Source of the DNA: Camelus ferus
Taxonomy: Eukaryota
Assembly (NCBI RefSeq): GCF_009834535.1
Contig: NC_045697.1
Span: forward strand, 35,714,001-35,778,000
Reading direction: 5' to 3'
DNA: 64,000 nucleotides
In this document: positions 62,589 to 64,000 of the stretch, one piece after another
Layout of the letters: each line of letters opens with the position of its first letter
Position numbering within the stretch: position 1 is the first letter of the stretch
Program-made: the position numbers and the translations under genes
The notes under the pieces: model-generated
What the model saw: only the letters and a program-made list of their open reading frames with translations
The model's database searches: none
What the model was told of the DNA's origin: nothing

Positions 62589-62692
62589 GGGGTTGCCAGG
62601 TTTGGCAAATAAAAACATGGGATGCTCAGTTAAATTTGAAACAATGAATAATTTTTCAATATAATTGTATCCTATGCAATATTTGGCACCTG
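62589..62692. mobile_element. MER53 hAT MITE
   Basis: GGGTTGCCAGGTTTGGCAAATAAAAAC...CAGTTAAATTTGAA...ATGCAATATTTGG. Confidence 0.8.
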
Positions 62693-63629
62693 TGCATTAA
62701 GGTGATCTGCATCTCCCTATGAATACGTGATCAAGCTTTTTTAGAAGCCAAACTGTCCTTTCTTTTGAATCATAATGTGTTAGAACTCAAGGGACCTAAG
62801 ATGGCAGATGACTTGCCCAGGAATTAATGGCAGTGCCTGGCTGGAACGATCACTTTGTTATCAGGTGGCCTTATTAAACGTTTAAGTGTTAGTGGCGAAG
62901 TCATATGACATCTAGGAAAAAGAACTGATCCAGGAGTACAGCCGAGCCTAGGAAAAATTATAACATAGAAAATCATCTTTGTGACTTCTTGTCACCTCTC
63001 CAGCCTCTGCTCCCCCAATAGCCAACCTGATTCTTTTTACCTTCTCACAACTAACTTTCCCTGAATCATTTTGATTACCTCCTCTATAAAATAAAAGCAA
63101 TAATGCTGTGCCCAAGTAAACTGAGACTCCTTTCCTCCCCCTGTGACCTAGGGAGAATCTTGGAAATTAGAGAGAAGCAATTCAGAAACAGAACCATTTG
63201 TTGGCAGATAATTTTGTAACATGGGCTGGGAGAACCCCACCCAACCCTGAATTAAGGCCCAGGATACACCCAGCTTGGCGAGTCTTGGCCTTTGTGTCTT
63301 CAAGGGAATGAGGAGGTCAGAGCATCATGTCTGATTCTCTCTCTCCCACCTCCAGTTTTGTATGATTTTGAAGCATCACATGCAAATATTCATGCCAGAA
63401 TCCACTAAGTATTCTGTTCTTGAGTAGCAGGGGAGGTGGTACTTTTAAGGTTTATTCCCTTAAGTTTCCCTCTTCCAAGGGCAGTTAGAGATAGACCAAC
63501 TGGGATCCTAAAAAGAAGGGGGCTGCCCTGTGGGTTATATCACTAACCTACCTCTTGTCTCCTGAGAATAAAATAGATCAGTGTCTCAGGAGAGTTTCAA
63601 AATCTTGAGAAATACATGCAGATTAAAAG

Positions 63630-64000
63630 ATAAGGTCAATTGACTTTAAAATATGGATGCAAATTCTTTAATATTCCTCCCATCAGGAGATAGGATCTAT
63701 AGCCACTCCTCTTTCTTCTGAGTGAGGTTGTGTCTGCTTTGACCAATAAAGTGTATGGGAAATACTGCTCTAGGATTTTCAAGGCTAGGTCTTAAAAGGT
63801 CAAGAAACTTTCCAATCTCCAAGATTGCTCCCTAGAACACCTGTTCTTAGACTATTAAGTGATCCAATGACACTGAGGTGCCCTGGAGTAAGGAAACCCA
63901 GCCATCTGGACAAATCACATGTAGGTGCACTGGCCAACAGGTTCAGCCAAGCCAGCTTTCAGGTTACAGGTACAAGACATTTGAATGCAGAGTCTTCTAT
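63630..64000 (+). mobile_element. MLT1 (F/H-like) LTR, runs off the window end
   Basis: GCAAATTCTTTAATATTCCTCCCATC...TGCTTTGACCAATA...AGGCTAGGTC. Confidence 0.75.

Noticed and set aside
1..64000. CRISPR arrays, operons, defence or other prokaryote-type systems
   Set aside because: The sequence is mammalian and repeat-rich, with no repeat-spacer arrays and no long ORFs.
1..64000. Inferring host-gene strand from repeat orientation
   Set aside because: L1s and LTRs occur on both strands, so there is no usable bias.

Overview
Mammalian genomic DNA, most likely camelid (alpaca/llama/camel), judged from five copies of a short tRNA-derived SINE of the camelid Vic-1 type and cetartiodactyl-type L1 3' ends. 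The window reads as intergenic or deep-intronic. I found no protein-coding exon I can assign to a known gene, no rRNA, tRNA or snRNA gene, and no CRISPR or other prokaryotic system. The supplied ORFs are chance ORFs or L1 ORF2 and other repeat remnants. Much of the sequence is interspersed repeats: SINE, MIR, L1, L2, six ERV1-type solo LTRs with 4-bp TSDs, MaLR, Tigger1, and hAT/Tigger MITEs. I cannot support a new biological system here. The best leads are: a MER41-like LTR with tandem GAS/STAT motifs, a three-level nested insertion, a SINE with an L1 tail inside it, a young L1 with a perfect 16-bp TSD, a perfect 27-bp tandem duplication, a fold-back palindrome next to a (TA)n tract, motif-dense unique segments (TCF/LEF triplet, FOX:ETS, CTCF, homeodomain/RBPJ), and a minus-strand chain of short splice-like introns near 49 kb that may be a decayed gene or lncRNA. 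Repeat family names come from remembered consensus similarity, not a search. Boundaries of old repeats are approximate.
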